NCBI GenBank assembly: GCA_964449525.1 | Contig: CAYUZC010000001.1 | Location: 702-30,636, forward strand | Direction of reading: 5' to 3' | Origin: an uncultured Ruminiclostridium sp. | GTDB lineage: Bacteria > Bacillota > Clostridia > DSM-8532 | DNA length: 29,935 nt | Part shown: positions 1-10,178 of the stretch, one piece after another | Numbering within the stretch: the first letter of the stretch is position 1 | Layout: every line of letters begins with the position of its first letter | Notes under the pieces: generated by a model | The model's input: only the letters and a program-made list of their open reading frames with translations | Database searches by the model: none | Told to the model about the DNA's origin: nothing | Position numbers and translations under genes: made by a program

Positions 1-177
1 TTTTTGTTTTTCAGGCTACTATGTAATATGCCGCACATTATTAGCTATTGTTTTAAATATTACTTTATTATAATATAATAATATATAACATGATCTCTTA
101 TTTATTTTTAAAATATGACAAAAAACAGGATTTGTTAAGCTACTAAAGAAAATGGTGTTTGTGCCGGGGGAATTTAC

Positions 178-2202
178 ATGAACAACAGAAATTTGATGGT
201 TGCCGTAAGTGTGGTTTTAATAATACTCTTTATTATCATGCCCATCCCTACCTTTCTGTTGGACATCCTTCTAGTTATCAATATTACTCTGTCTCTGCTA
301 ATATTATTAAACACAATTTACTCTACAGATACACTTTCAATGGCGGCATTTCCCACTATGCTTTTATTTACAACTCTATATCGCCTATCCCTTAACATTA
401 TTGCAATAAGACTTATAATAGGTCAGGGCGAAGCCGGAATGGTTATAGAGAATTTCGGAAAATTTGTCGGCGGAGATAACTTGGTTGTTGGCGTTATTGT
501 ATTCTTGGTTATCATGATTGTCCAATTCTTGGTTATTACCAAGGGCGCCGAACGTGTATCCGAAGTGGCAGCACGTTTTACTTTGGACGCGATGCCCGGT
601 AAACAAATGGCTATTGATGCTGATTTGAATTCGGGGCTGATTAGTGAGGCTGATGCCAAGGAACGTCGTAAAAAAATACAAAGGGAAGCCGACTTTTATG
701 GTTCTATGGATGGTGCTACTAAGTTTGTTAAGAATGACGCTATTGCCGGAATTCTTGTAGTATTCGTAAATCTCATCGGTGGTATCGTCATGGGGATGAT
801 CTTTTTAAACAAATCCTTTGAGGAAGCCATCGCACTTTATGCTATTCTTACTATAGGTAACGGGCTTGTAGGTCAGATACCATCACTTCTAATTGCAGTA
901 GCAACAGGTATTATAGTCACACGAGCCGCCTCTGATGATGATCTCGGAAGTGATATAGTCAAACAATTATTTGACAGCCCAAAGGTTCTCTTTATTGGAG
1001 CAGGGGGCTGTTTTTTATTAATACCTATCCTAAGGCAGTGGTCACTGCTTTTAGTTGCTATAGGATTAATCTATTTGGGCTATTATCTTCAAAATAGAAC
1101 AGAGAAGGATTCTAAAGCCGAAGAACTCAAAGTTGAAGAGAAGGAAGTTGAGGAAATCAGGAAGCCTGAAAATGTGGTTTCATTGCTTCAGGTTGATCCA
1201 ATCGAGCTAGAATTCGGATATGCCATTATACCGCTTGCCGACAAAAACCAGGGTGGCGATTTATTGGATAGGGTGGTCATGATACGAAGGCAGCTTGCTC
1301 TTGAGCTTGGTGTTGTTGTTCCTATTATAAGGCTTAGAGATAATATACAGCTTTCTCCAAACCAGTATATAATAAAAATCAAAGGTGTTGAGGTGGCAAG
1401 TGGAGAGCTTATGCTGGATCATTTTATGGCAATGAATCCCGGTGTGGCAGATGAAGGAATTCAAGGTATACCAACTGTAGAACCGGCTTTCGGTTTACCG
1501 GCGCTCTGGATTCCTGAGACAATGAGGGATAAGGCCGAAATGATGGGATACACTGTTGTGGACACTCCTTCAATTGTAGCCACGCACATGACTGAGATAG
1601 TAAGAAGACATATCCACGAGCTGTTGGGCAGACAGGATGTACAGGTTCTTGTTGATAACGTTAGAAATTCGTATCCGGCTATTGTAGATGAACTGATACC
1701 GAAGATATTGGCTCTCGGAGAAATTCAAAAGGTGCTTGCAAATCTGTTAAGAGAGAATGTATCGATAAGGGACATGGTTACTATTCTGGAAACTCTCGCC
1801 GACTATGCACCAGTTACAAGAGATCCGGATATGCTTACCGAGTATGTAAGGCAAGCGCTCGGAAGAGCCATTTCCAAGGGGTATCTAAGTAGCTCCGGTT
1901 CTGAAGTGATTACTTTAGATCCCAAGCTTGAACAATTAATTATAGATTCGGTCAAAAGGAATGAAGCGGGAACGTATATGGCGATTGAACCTGAAATTAG
2001 CAATAAAATAGTTTCCAGTACGGCAACCCTTTCCGAAAAGATGGCACAATCAGGTAAACAGCCCATAATTCTCGCTTCTCCTGTAGTAAGATTGTATTTT
2101 AAAAGACTAACCGAAAATGCTATACCCGGGCTTATTGTTCTGTCATATAACGAACTGGATCCCAGTATAGACGTTAATGCAATTGGTATGGTCAGTATTT
2201 AA
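178..2202 (+). CDS. flhA: Flagellar export gate protein FlhA
   Basis: N-terminal multi-TM region, FHIPEP signature RVSEVAARFTLDAMPGKQMAIDADL, ADFYGSMDGATKFVK and a large cytoplasmic C-domain. GGGGG RBS precedes the ATG. Confidence 0.98.
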   Translation: MNNRNLMVAVSVVLIILFIIMPIPTFLLDILLVINITLSLLILLNTIYSTDTLSMAAFPTMLLFTTLYRLSLNIIAIRLIIGQGEAGMVIENFGKFVGGDNLVVGVIVFLVIMIVQFLVITKGAERVSEVAARFTLDAMPGKQMAIDADLNSGLISEADAKERRKKIQREADFYGSMDGATKFVKNDAIAGILVVFVNLIGGIVMGMIFLNKSFEEAIALYAILTIGNGLVGQIPSLLIAVATGIIVTRAASDDDLGSDIVKQLFDSPKVLFIGAGGCFLLIPILRQWSLLLVAIGLIYLGYYLQNRTEKDSKAEELKVEEKEVEEIRKPENVVSLLQVDPIELEFGYAIIPLADKNQGGDLLDRVVMIRRQLALELGVVVPIIRLRDNIQLSPNQYIIKIKGVEVASGELMLDHFMAMNPGVADEGIQGIPTVEPAFGLPALWIPETMRDKAEMMGYTVVDTPSIVATHMTEIVRRHIHELLGRQDVQVLVDNVRNSYPAIVDELIPKILALGEIQKVLANLLRENVSIRDMVTILETLADYAPVTRDPDMLTEYVRQALGRAISKGYLSSSGSEVITLDPKLEQLIIDSVKRNEAGTYMAIEPEISNKIVSSTATLSEKMAQSGKQPIILASPVVRLYFKRLTENAIPGLIVLSYNELDPSIDVNAIGMVSI

Positions 2203-2225
2203 TAGAAAGGGTCGGATAATTAAGA

Positions 2226-3578
2226 ATGAAGATTCGCAGGTACACATGCAAAGATATGCAGGAAGCCTTGATCAAGGTAAAGATGGACCTTGGTAGCGAA
2301 GCTGTGATTATGAACAGCAAGAAGGTTAAGCCCAAGGGATTTCTTGGTCTTTTTAAAAAGCCTATGATCGAGGTTGTGGCTGCCATAGATGATGATTATG
2401 TCCGCCCGGGCAGATCAAATTACAGTCAGAGACAGGCTCCGGCCTATGGGGCTTTTAGACCTCAGTCGAACCCTGAGAAATATATGCCGGCTCCTGAACC
2501 GATTGTGGAGCCACCGTCTGTTCAAAACGAAAAGTATATACAAAGTACACCTGCACAAGCAGTTGCTGTATCCGAGAATATTGCTCCAACTCAGGAAAAC
2601 CAAAAGATTTCTGAGCTGGAGGATAAAGTAAAGAGTATAGAAAGCATGCTGGATAAAATATATAAGGTTGTTCAGGTGAATAATGAAATAGGAACAACAG
2701 AGGTAGCATCAAAAATTGGACAGGAAGCAGAAAATCAAGTAATAGAAGAAAAAATCAATGTAATAGAAGATAATAATGACAATGAAAACTCCCCGGAATT
2801 TGAAGAAAATTTTCTTTTGTCACTTAGAAATATTCTTTTTGAAAAAGATGTAGAACCAAAGCTTATTGAAAAAATTCTTGAAAAAATAAGAGAGCGCGGA
2901 GGCCAGAGCCTGAAGAAAGAAGAAGTGTTTCAACTTGCTGCAAAGGTTTTGGAGGTTTTATTAGGTGAGCCTGAACCAATTAAACTTATTGAGGAGAAGA
3001 AACCTCATGTTGCTATTTTTATCGGACCTACCGGAGTAGGAAAGACTACAACCCTTGCCAAGATAGCGGCAGACTTTACTTTGCGACAAAAAAAGGTAGG
3101 CCTTATCACGGCTGATACATATAGGATAGCAGCAGTGGAACAATTGAAGACCTATGCGGAGATATTAAATCTGAAAGTAACAGTTGTGTATTCGCCGGGT
3201 GAGATTAAGGATGCTATTGAGAGTCTAAAGAGCAATGATTTGATTCTTATAGATACTGCAGGCAGAAGCCATAAGAATAAAAAGCATTTCGACGAGCTTA
3301 AAGCATTGGTAAATGCAGCAGGGGCAGATGAAACATATCTGGTTATGAGTAGTAATATCAGTAGAATTGCAGTTCGTGAAATTTTAGAATTCTATGCATT
3401 TATTAAAAATTATAAACTCCTTTTTACAAAGCTGGATGAATCACCGGCGACAGGAGTTATTCTAAACGCAAGATATATGACGGGAAAGCCTCTCTCATAT
3501 ACCACAGCAGGCCAGAGTGTGCCGGATGATTTGGATATAGCCAATGTAAAGCAACTTGTGGCAAGCATATTAGATTAG
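2226..3578 (+). CDS. flhF: Flagellar SRP-family GTPase FlhF
   Basis: N-terminal MKIRRY...EALIKVKMDLG, P-loop GPTGVGKTTT, DTYRIAA, DTAGRS and TKLDE motifs. Follows flhA. Confidence 0.97.
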   Translation: MKIRRYTCKDMQEALIKVKMDLGSEAVIMNSKKVKPKGFLGLFKKPMIEVVAAIDDDYVRPGRSNYSQRQAPAYGAFRPQSNPEKYMPAPEPIVEPPSVQNEKYIQSTPAQAVAVSENIAPTQENQKISELEDKVKSIESMLDKIYKVVQVNNEIGTTEVASKIGQEAENQVIEEKINVIEDNNDNENSPEFEENFLLSLRNILFEKDVEPKLIEKILEKIRERGGQSLKKEEVFQLAAKVLEVLLGEPEPIKLIEEKKPHVAIFIGPTGVGKTTTLAKIAADFTLRQKKVGLITADTYRIAAVEQLKTYAEILNLKVTVVYSPGEIKDAIESLKSNDLILIDTAGRSHKNKKHFDELKALVNAAGADETYLVMSSNISRIAVREILEFYAFIKNYKLLFTKLDESPATGVILNARYMTGKPLSYTTAGQSVPDDLDIANVKQLVASILD

Positions 3579-3623
3579 AACTCTAAAGTTAGCAATTAAC
3601 TGAGGGGGAGGAATGAGAGACGA

Positions 3624-4517
3624 ATGAACGACCAGGCAGAGATGCTTCGTAAAATAATAAATATGAAAACCGGAAATCAGCAAAGTGGTCTTCCTGAAGA
3701 TAGCTCTATGAAAAAAGCAAGAGTAATAACTGTGACCAGTGGCAAAGGAGGAGTAGGGAAAACCAACATTACCATTAATCTGGCTTTAGCATTAAGCAAG
3801 ATGGGTTTAAAGGTTGTAATCCTAGATGTGGATTTTGGGTTGGCTAATATCGACGTACTGTTTGGTATTGTTCCCAAATATACTATGCTTGATCTTATAC
3901 ATGACGAAAAGAATATTTTCGAAGTACTGACAGACGGGCCGGATAATATAAAATTTCTTTCCGGAGGGTCAGGTGTTGAAGAACTTATACGTTTGGACAG
4001 GAAAAAGCTCAGAAAGTTTGTCAGTAGTATAGGCCTATTAGATAAGCTTTTCGATGTGATTCTTATAGATACCGGAGCAGGGCTTTCACAAAATGTTATG
4101 AGTTTTATTATGGCGGCAGATGAGGTGCTACTGGTTACAACACCGGAACCTACTGCAATAACAGATGCATATGCTTTAGTTAAAATGGTTTCACGCCGCG
4201 ATAAAAAGAAGCGGATTAATATATTGGTGAATAAGGCTGACAATGTCAGAGAGGCTGATGAAATAGCAAATAAGCTCTGCGTTGTATCAGAAAAATTTTT
4301 ATCTTTAAGATTATTAAAACTTGGGTATATATTATATGATGATAATGTGACAAAAAGTGTCAAGTTACAAAAACCTTTTAGTTTGGTTAATCCAAAATGT
4401 CAAGCGGCTAAAAACATTACAGAAATAGCAGAGAAGTTATTTTTAGATAAGCCGCATGATGAAACCGGCGGGGCAAGAGGGTTTATTTCGAAACTTTTGT
4501 CTTTTTTTGGTGTATGA
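3624..4517 (+). CDS. flhG: MinD/ParA-family ATPase FlhG (FleN)
   Basis: Deviant Walker A SGKGGVGKT, DVDFGLANID, DTGAG and TTPEPTAITDAYA. Directly follows flhF. Confidence 0.95.
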   Translation: MNDQAEMLRKIINMKTGNQQSGLPEDSSMKKARVITVTSGKGGVGKTNITINLALALSKMGLKVVILDVDFGLANIDVLFGIVPKYTMLDLIHDEKNIFEVLTDGPDNIKFLSGGSGVEELIRLDRKKLRKFVSSIGLLDKLFDVILIDTGAGLSQNVMSFIMAADEVLLVTTPEPTAITDAYALVKMVSRRDKKKRINILVNKADNVREADEIANKLCVVSEKFLSLRLLKLGYILYDDNVTKSVKLQKPFSLVNPKCQAAKNITEIAEKLFLDKPHDETGGARGFISKLLSFFGV

Positions 4518-4677
4518 TAGGGATAACTGTGTTATAATAACCTATAATAATACCCGTTAACAAACTTGATACGAGTAACTGAGTTTTTTTGCGGGTGTCA
4601 AGAACATTGGCAGGTTTTATGTGAACCAAGCAAATTGAAGTTTGAGAATCAAATATTTCTATTTTGAGGGTTTGTTA

Positions 4678-5358
4678 ATGGAAACAATAAAGCTTAACCT
4701 CGGGGATAAACTTGAGATAGAGCTCTATAATAGCAACGGAGAGCGGGTTTCACCACTTTTAATAAGTCAGTACGAACGGTTGCTGCCGGATGGCAGTATG
4801 GAAATTTTGGCTCCTATAAAGGGTGGAAGGATTTTTCCTGTATATCGTGGAGTTGAAATAGGTGTGATATATGAGAAAAGTGGCGAGTTGTATAAATTTA
4901 TAGGCGAAGCTATTGAACGACGGTTATCAGGGAACATATTTCTTTTAAGGATAATGCCCAAATCAAGTGCTGAACACTTGCAAAGAAGAGGTTTTTTTAG
5001 ATTTGATTGTATTTTTGATATTAAATACCGCCTATTTGAAAAAAAAGATACAAATAATGCAGACAAAGGCGAATATAAAAAGGCTATAACTAAGGATATT
5101 AGCGGAGGCGGTTTATGTATTCTGACAAATGAAGAGCCGGAATATGGGTGGTATTTGGATGGAATAATTGAAATTGGCAGTAATATTCGCTTTATAGGGA
5201 AAGTGGTCCGCGTTATTAATGTTCATGATAAAGGGAATTTTCATTATGAAGCGGGAATTGAATTTATAGATATTTCAGACCCGGAGAGGGAAAAGGTTAT
5301 CAGTTTTATTTTTGACTCCCAGAGAAAAATGCTTAAAAAGGGCTGGTCAACCAAATGA
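4678..5358 (+). CDS. PilZ-domain c-di-GMP receptor, flagellar brake type (YcgR/MotI-like)
   Basis: RxxxR (QRRGFFR) and DxSxxG (DISGGG) PilZ motifs after an N-terminal beta domain. Start moved to ATG 4678, which has a GAGGG RBS. Overlaps cheB (ATGA). Confidence 0.9.
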   Translation: METIKLNLGDKLEIELYNSNGERVSPLLISQYERLLPDGSMEILAPIKGGRIFPVYRGVEIGVIYEKSGELYKFIGEAIERRLSGNIFLLRIMPKSSAEHLQRRGFFRFDCIFDIKYRLFEKKDTNNADKGEYKKAITKDISGGGLCILTNEEPEYGWYLDGIIEIGSNIRFIGKVVRVINVHDKGNFHYEAGIEFIDISDPEREKVISFIFDSQRKMLKKGWSTK

Positions 5359-6422
5359 GTGGTAGAAAAATAAGAGTATTGATAGTTGATGATTCTGCAC
5401 TGATGAGACGCATTCTACAGAATATTTTGGTACAGGATCCGGATATTGAAGTTGTCGGAATTGCAAAAGACGGCATTGATGCATTAAAAAGAGCGCAGGA
5501 TCTTAAACCCGATGTAATTACACTCGATGTTGAGATGCCTTTAATGGATGGAATAAATTGCCTTGAAAACTTGCTTAAGCAAGGTTCTTATGGCATTATT
5601 ATGGTAAGCAGTATTACTAAAGAAAGAGCAAATGCAACCATTCGTGCGTTAGAGTTAGGTGCTTTTGACTTTATTACTAAATCCGATAATATTTTTGATA
5701 TGTCTTCGACAAAAAAGCATAATGAAATTATTGAGAAGGTTAAACTGGCCTTCAGAAGTTTGAACAAAACTAGCGCATTTAATGAAGTTAGAAGAAAACA
5801 ACAGGTTGACGGCGTTGAGAAACAAGAAACTTCTTCTGACTTGAAATATATAGTTGCTCTTGGTATTTCCACGGGAGGCCCAAGAGCGCTTGCCGAGATT
5901 TTACCTGAGTTTCCGGCAAACCTCCCGGCAGCAATTGTAGTCGTTCAGCATATGCCGCCGGGTTTTACCGCATCATTGGCTACTAGGCTAAATGAAGCCT
6001 GTAGTTTAAATGTTAAAGAAGCGGAAGATATGGAAGAAGTACTAGCGGGGTATATTTATATAGCACCGGGAGACTACCACTTAACCTTTGCGGAAAAAGG
6101 TGGTAAAATCCGGATTAAGCTTACAAAAACACCGCCTATAGGAGGACTAAGACCAAACGTAGACATAATGATGACCTCTTTGGCAGAAACAAGCTTTAGC
6201 AATATTATTGGTGTAATTATGACGGGTATGGGGAGTGATGGCACCAAGGGATTACTAAAGCTTAAAGAGGAAAATAACGCCTTTGTAATTGCACAAGATG
6301 AGAATACAAGTATTGTTTTTGGTATGCCTAGGGTTGCAATAGAAAAAGGAGTGGTTGATAAAACCGTTCCTCTACAAAATATACCGACATGCATAATGAA
6401 TTTTATGGGGGTGCGCAGGTAA
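5355..6422 (+). CDS. cheB: Chemotaxis response regulator methylesterase CheB
   Basis: Receiver domain (VDD...DVEMP) plus methylesterase triad motifs GISTGGP, QHMP and GMGSDG. Confidence 0.97.
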   Translation: MSGRKIRVLIVDDSALMRRILQNILVQDPDIEVVGIAKDGIDALKRAQDLKPDVITLDVEMPLMDGINCLENLLKQGSYGIIMVSSITKERANATIRALELGAFDFITKSDNIFDMSSTKKHNEIIEKVKLAFRSLNKTSAFNEVRRKQQVDGVEKQETSSDLKYIVALGISTGGPRALAEILPEFPANLPAAIVVVQHMPPGFTASLATRLNEACSLNVKEAEDMEEVLAGYIYIAPGDYHLTFAEKGGKIRIKLTKTPPIGGLRPNVDIMMTSLAETSFSNIIGVIMTGMGSDGTKGLLKLKEENNAFVIAQDENTSIVFGMPRVAIEKGVVDKTVPLQNIPTCIMNFMGVRR

Positions 6423-8488
6423 TGGATATGAATCAATACCTCGATATATTTATTGAAGAATCAAGAGAACACTTACAACAATTAAACGTATCACTTTTGG
6501 AACTTGAAAAGGATAATAGAAATAAGGAAGTTCTGAATGAGGTATTTCGAGTTGCCCATACGCTGAAGGGTATGTCAGGAACCATGGGCTACACAAAAAT
6601 GCAAACCTTAACCCATCGGATGGAAGATGTTTTAGATGCCCTAAGAAATGATAGATTTATTGCAGATTCCAATATGGTTGATGTATTGTTTAAGTGCTTG
6701 GACGCATTGGAAACCTATGTTAATACCATTGCTGCCAGTGCACAGGAAGGTGACGAAGCTTTCCTCGATGTGGTAGACGCTTTACATAATATCATGGAGA
6801 ATGCCGGATCTGAAAAAAAAGTTGAAAAGAGAACGTCTTTTTCTTCTCAGCCAATAAATTTTGAAGCCGAAGCAACACCCGCCAAATCTGGAATCGTCGA
6901 ACTGAACCAATATGATGAAAATGTAATCAAAAAGGCAATAGAAACCGAAATGAATGTCTTTCAGATACACGTAGTTCTGGATAAAGGTTGTTTATTGAAA
7001 GCTGCTAGAGCATTCATAGTGTTTCAGATTCTTGAGAAGAATTCCGAGGTAATAAAATCAATTCCAAAAGTTGAGGACATCGAAGATGAAAGGTTTGATT
7101 TTGATTTTACTGTTGTCATTATAACAGAAAAACCAGAGGAATTTTTTATGAAGGAAATTAACTCTGTTGCAGAGATTTCTAAAGTTGAGATTATTTCAAT
7201 ACTTCTTGATGCATTCGACAATACCGAGGACAACAAAGATGATGAAAAGAAAATCGATCATGAAAAATCAGAAATTACAGTGGCTACAGCTACAACTCAG
7301 AGCAGTGCTTCCGACCAACACAAAAAGTTTCAAAAGACAGGTAAAACAGTCAGAGTTGATATCGAACGGCTTGATATTCTTATGAATCTTGTAAGTGAGC
7401 TGATTATAATAAAAACACGTCTTGATGAATCCAGCGTTAACAAAGATGATGCAGACATTGAGTCCATAGAATATCTTGAACGTATAACGACAAGCCTACA
7501 TGATGCCGTGATGAGAGTACGTATGGTCCCTGTGGAAACTGTGTTCAACAGATTCCCCCGAATGATCAGGGATATTTCGAGAGAGCTTGACAAGGATATA
7601 GAATTGCATATGTCAGGAGAGGAAACAGAGCTGGACAGAACAGTTATTGATGAAATTGGCGATCCCTTGATACATATTCTGAGAAATTCAGCAGATCACG
7701 GTCTGGAGACACATGAGAAAAGATTAAAAGCTAACAAACCTATTGCAGGTAATATATACCTTCGCGCTTTCCAAGATGGCAACAATGTTGTCATAGAGGT
7801 TGAAGACGACGGACAGGGTATTGATGTCGATAAAGTAAGAAAGAAAATTATTCAAAAGGGTCTTGAATCACCCGAAATAGTTGGGGCACTATCTGACAAA
7901 GAGATAATTGAATATCTGTTTAAGCCTAATTTCAGCACTGCTGATAAGGTTACTGACCTGTCAGGCAGAGGCGTTGGGTTAGATGTGGTTAAGACTAAGA
8001 TTGAAACTCTTGGAGGTATTGTTGAGGTAGATTCGGTAAGAGGCAAAGGAAGCAAATTCATTATCCGTATACCACTGACTCTTGCGATCATTCAAGCGCT
8101 TCTGGTCAGGGTAGGAAATGAAAAGTATGCCATACCTTTAGGTTCAATACAAGAGATTGAAAACGTAAAACCCCAGGAAATACGTTTAGTTAGGAACCAA
8201 GAGGTTATATTGCTTCGTGACATGGTTATCCCAATTGTCAGACTTGGAAGTATATTGAGTGTACCGGGTACTATACCGGATGAAGAGAAAAAATCGATTA
8301 CCTGTGTCATTGCCAAGAAGGGTGAAAAGCTGTCTGCCTTTATTGTAGACTCGCTTATAGGCCAGCAGGAAATCGTAATTAAATCCCTTGGCAAAGTATT
8401 GGCAGGAGTGAAATATATTGCAGGCGCGACTATCCTTGGTGATGGTAATGTTGCGCTTATTTTAGACGTAAATTCTCTTGCTCTGTAA
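6422..8488 (+). CDS. cheA: Chemotaxis histidine kinase CheA
   Basis: HPt (AHTLKGM), P2, dimerisation (TVRVD), HATPase (RNSADHG, DDGQG, SGRGVGLDVV) and CheW domains. Start set at ATG 6422, which overlaps the cheB stop (TAATG). Confidence 0.97.
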   Translation: MDMNQYLDIFIEESREHLQQLNVSLLELEKDNRNKEVLNEVFRVAHTLKGMSGTMGYTKMQTLTHRMEDVLDALRNDRFIADSNMVDVLFKCLDALETYVNTIAASAQEGDEAFLDVVDALHNIMENAGSEKKVEKRTSFSSQPINFEAEATPAKSGIVELNQYDENVIKKAIETEMNVFQIHVVLDKGCLLKAARAFIVFQILEKNSEVIKSIPKVEDIEDERFDFDFTVVIITEKPEEFFMKEINSVAEISKVEIISILLDAFDNTEDNKDDEKKIDHEKSEITVATATTQSSASDQHKKFQKTGKTVRVDIERLDILMNLVSELIIIKTRLDESSVNKDDADIESIEYLERITTSLHDAVMRVRMVPVETVFNRFPRMIRDISRELDKDIELHMSGEETELDRTVIDEIGDPLIHILRNSADHGLETHEKRLKANKPIAGNIYLRAFQDGNNVVIEVEDDGQGIDVDKVRKKIIQKGLESPEIVGALSDKEIIEYLFKPNFSTADKVTDLSGRGVGLDVVKTKIETLGGIVEVDSVRGKGSKFIIRIPLTLAIIQALLVRVGNEKYAIPLGSIQEIENVKPQEIRLVRNQEVILLRDMVIPIVRLGSILSVPGTIPDEEKKSITCVIAKKGEKLSAFIVDSLIGQQEIVIKSLGKVLAGVKYIAGATILGDGNVALILDVNSLAL

Positions 8489-8517
8489 GTTGTTGGAGGG
8501 AATAGGAGGAACTGTTG

Positions 8518-8973
8518 ATGGAAAATAAATCATTGGACAAAGAAATAAAGCAGTTTGTTGCGTTTAAGGTGGGAGATCAGGAATATGGTGCAGATATTCA
8601 TAAGGTTTCAATTATAGAGAAATTACTAAACACCGCAAGAGTTCCCACAACACCGGAGTATATTAAGGGAGTTGTCAATCTTAGGGGTGAAATTGTTACT
8701 GTTATGAGTTTAAGGCTTAAATTTGATTTACCTGAGATTGAAGAGGACGACGATACAAGGACTATAATATTTAAATTTAACGATGCGCTTCTGGGAATCA
8801 TCGTTGATTCTGTTGATGAAGTTGTATCGCTGAAGGAAAACGACATTGAAAGCGTTACTTCAATTACAAATGATAGAAGTTTGGATTATATTCTCGGCGT
8901 TGCTAAGGTTGAAGGAAGACTCATTACCTTATTAAATGTTGAGAAGCTGATTACCGAGCTTCTTGAAAAATAA
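8518..8973 (+). CDS. cheW: Chemotaxis coupling protein CheW
   Basis: RVPTTPEYIKGVVNLRGEIVTV motif. AGGAGG RBS precedes ATG 8518. Confidence 0.96.
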   Translation: MENKSLDKEIKQFVAFKVGDQEYGADIHKVSIIEKLLNTARVPTTPEYIKGVVNLRGEIVTVMSLRLKFDLPEIEEDDDTRTIIFKFNDALLGIIVDSVDEVVSLKENDIESVTSITNDRSLDYILGVAKVEGRLITLLNVEKLITELLEK

Positions 8974-8994
8974 TTCGAGAGGGATATTGATAAT

Positions 8995-9618
8995 ATGGCA
9001 AGTGATATTGATATTAATAATATTAATAGTTTTCATCTCGATGTACTTAAAGAAATCGGAAATATTGGTGCGGGTAATGCTGCTACAGCACTCGCCAAAA
9101 TGCTGGATAAAAAAATAGATATGAAGGTACCCCAAATTAGAGTTATGAAATTTTCAGAGGTAAGTGATGTTCTTGGCGGAGCGGAAACAGAGGTTGCGGG
9201 TATACTTTTGGGTGTAACGGGAGATATAAACGGTAATATTCTTTTTGTTCTTGATTTATTAAGTGCTCGGCGCCTAGTAAATATACTAATGGGTAATGAA
9301 GTGAATGCAGAGATTACGTTTGACAGCATGGAATGTTCGGCATTACAGGAAATTGGGAACATACTTGCAGGATCTTACTTATCGTCCCTATCGAATTTGA
9401 CTAACCTAAAAATTCTTTCAGATATACCGGGGTTGGCGATAGACATGGCAGGAGCTATTTTAAGTGTTCCTGCTATTGAATTTGGTAGAAGCTCTGATAC
9501 AGTTTTATATATAGAGAACGAATTTACTTATGGAACAGACAGTGTTATTGGGGATTTTTTCCTTGTACCTGATGAGGTTTCCTACGGCCGTTTGTTAAGT
9601 GCATTGGGAGTGGCATAA
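8995..9618 (+). CDS. cheC: CheY-P phosphatase CheC
   Basis: Two D/S-x3-E-x2-N motifs (DVLKEIGN, SALQEIGN). Lies between cheW and cheD. Confidence 0.95.
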   Translation: MASDIDINNINSFHLDVLKEIGNIGAGNAATALAKMLDKKIDMKVPQIRVMKFSEVSDVLGGAETEVAGILLGVTGDINGNILFVLDLLSARRLVNILMGNEVNAEITFDSMECSALQEIGNILAGSYLSSLSNLTNLKILSDIPGLAIDMAGAILSVPAIEFGRSSDTVLYIENEFTYGTDSVIGDFFLVPDEVSYGRLLSALGVA

Positions 9619-10103
9619 TGTTAGAAGTGGTAAGGGTAGGGATGGCTGATTTGAAAGTTGCATGCCACCCATCAATTTTAACTACGCTTGGCCTCGGGTC
9701 ATGTGTAGGGATAGCCTTATATGATAGTAAGAAAAAAATTATTGGTTTGGCTCATATTATGCTCCCAAACTCAGCGATTGCTACAGCCAACACTAACAGA
9801 GCAAAGTTTGCAGACACAGGAATAGTTGATCTTTTATCAAAAATGGTAGCATTAGGAGGGAACCGGAAGGAAATAGTAGCAAAAATTGCCGGAGGCGCAC
9901 AGATGTTTAACTTTGCCGGTTCAAATGAAACATTAAAGATAGGGGCCAGAAATAGTGATGCAACAAAGCTTGTTTTAAAAGAGCTAGGTATTCCTATCAT
10001 AAGCGAAGATACAGGCGGAAATCATGGTAGAACAATTGAGATTTCCTCTGAGGACGGAAAACTCATGGTAAAGACCATTGGTTACGGGGTAAATTATTTA
10101 TAG
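9618..10103 (+). CDS. cheD: Chemoreceptor glutamine deamidase CheD
   Basis: TLGLGSCVG, GLAHIMLP, AKIAGGAQMF and EDTGGNHGR motifs. TAATG overlap with cheC. Confidence 0.96.
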   Translation: MLEVVRVGMADLKVACHPSILTTLGLGSCVGIALYDSKKKIIGLAHIMLPNSAIATANTNRAKFADTGIVDLLSKMVALGGNRKEIVAKIAGGAQMFNFAGSNETLKIGARNSDATKLVLKELGIPIISEDTGGNHGRTIEISSEDGKLMVKTIGYGVNYL

Positions 10104-10178
10104 AGAGAATAAAGAAGTGTATCAACCTGCAACTGATTTTAGGTAACGGGTGATATTATTAATAATGAAAGGTGTTAT

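Noticed and set aside
144-170. TAAA-N15-GCCGGGGG resembling a sigma-D promoter before flhA
   Set aside because: Only GCCG matches the -10, it coincides with the RBS, and it would imply a leaderless mRNA. Most likely chance.
3677-4363. 228-aa antisense ORF
   Set aside because: Shadow of flhG, with no recognisable motifs or RBS.
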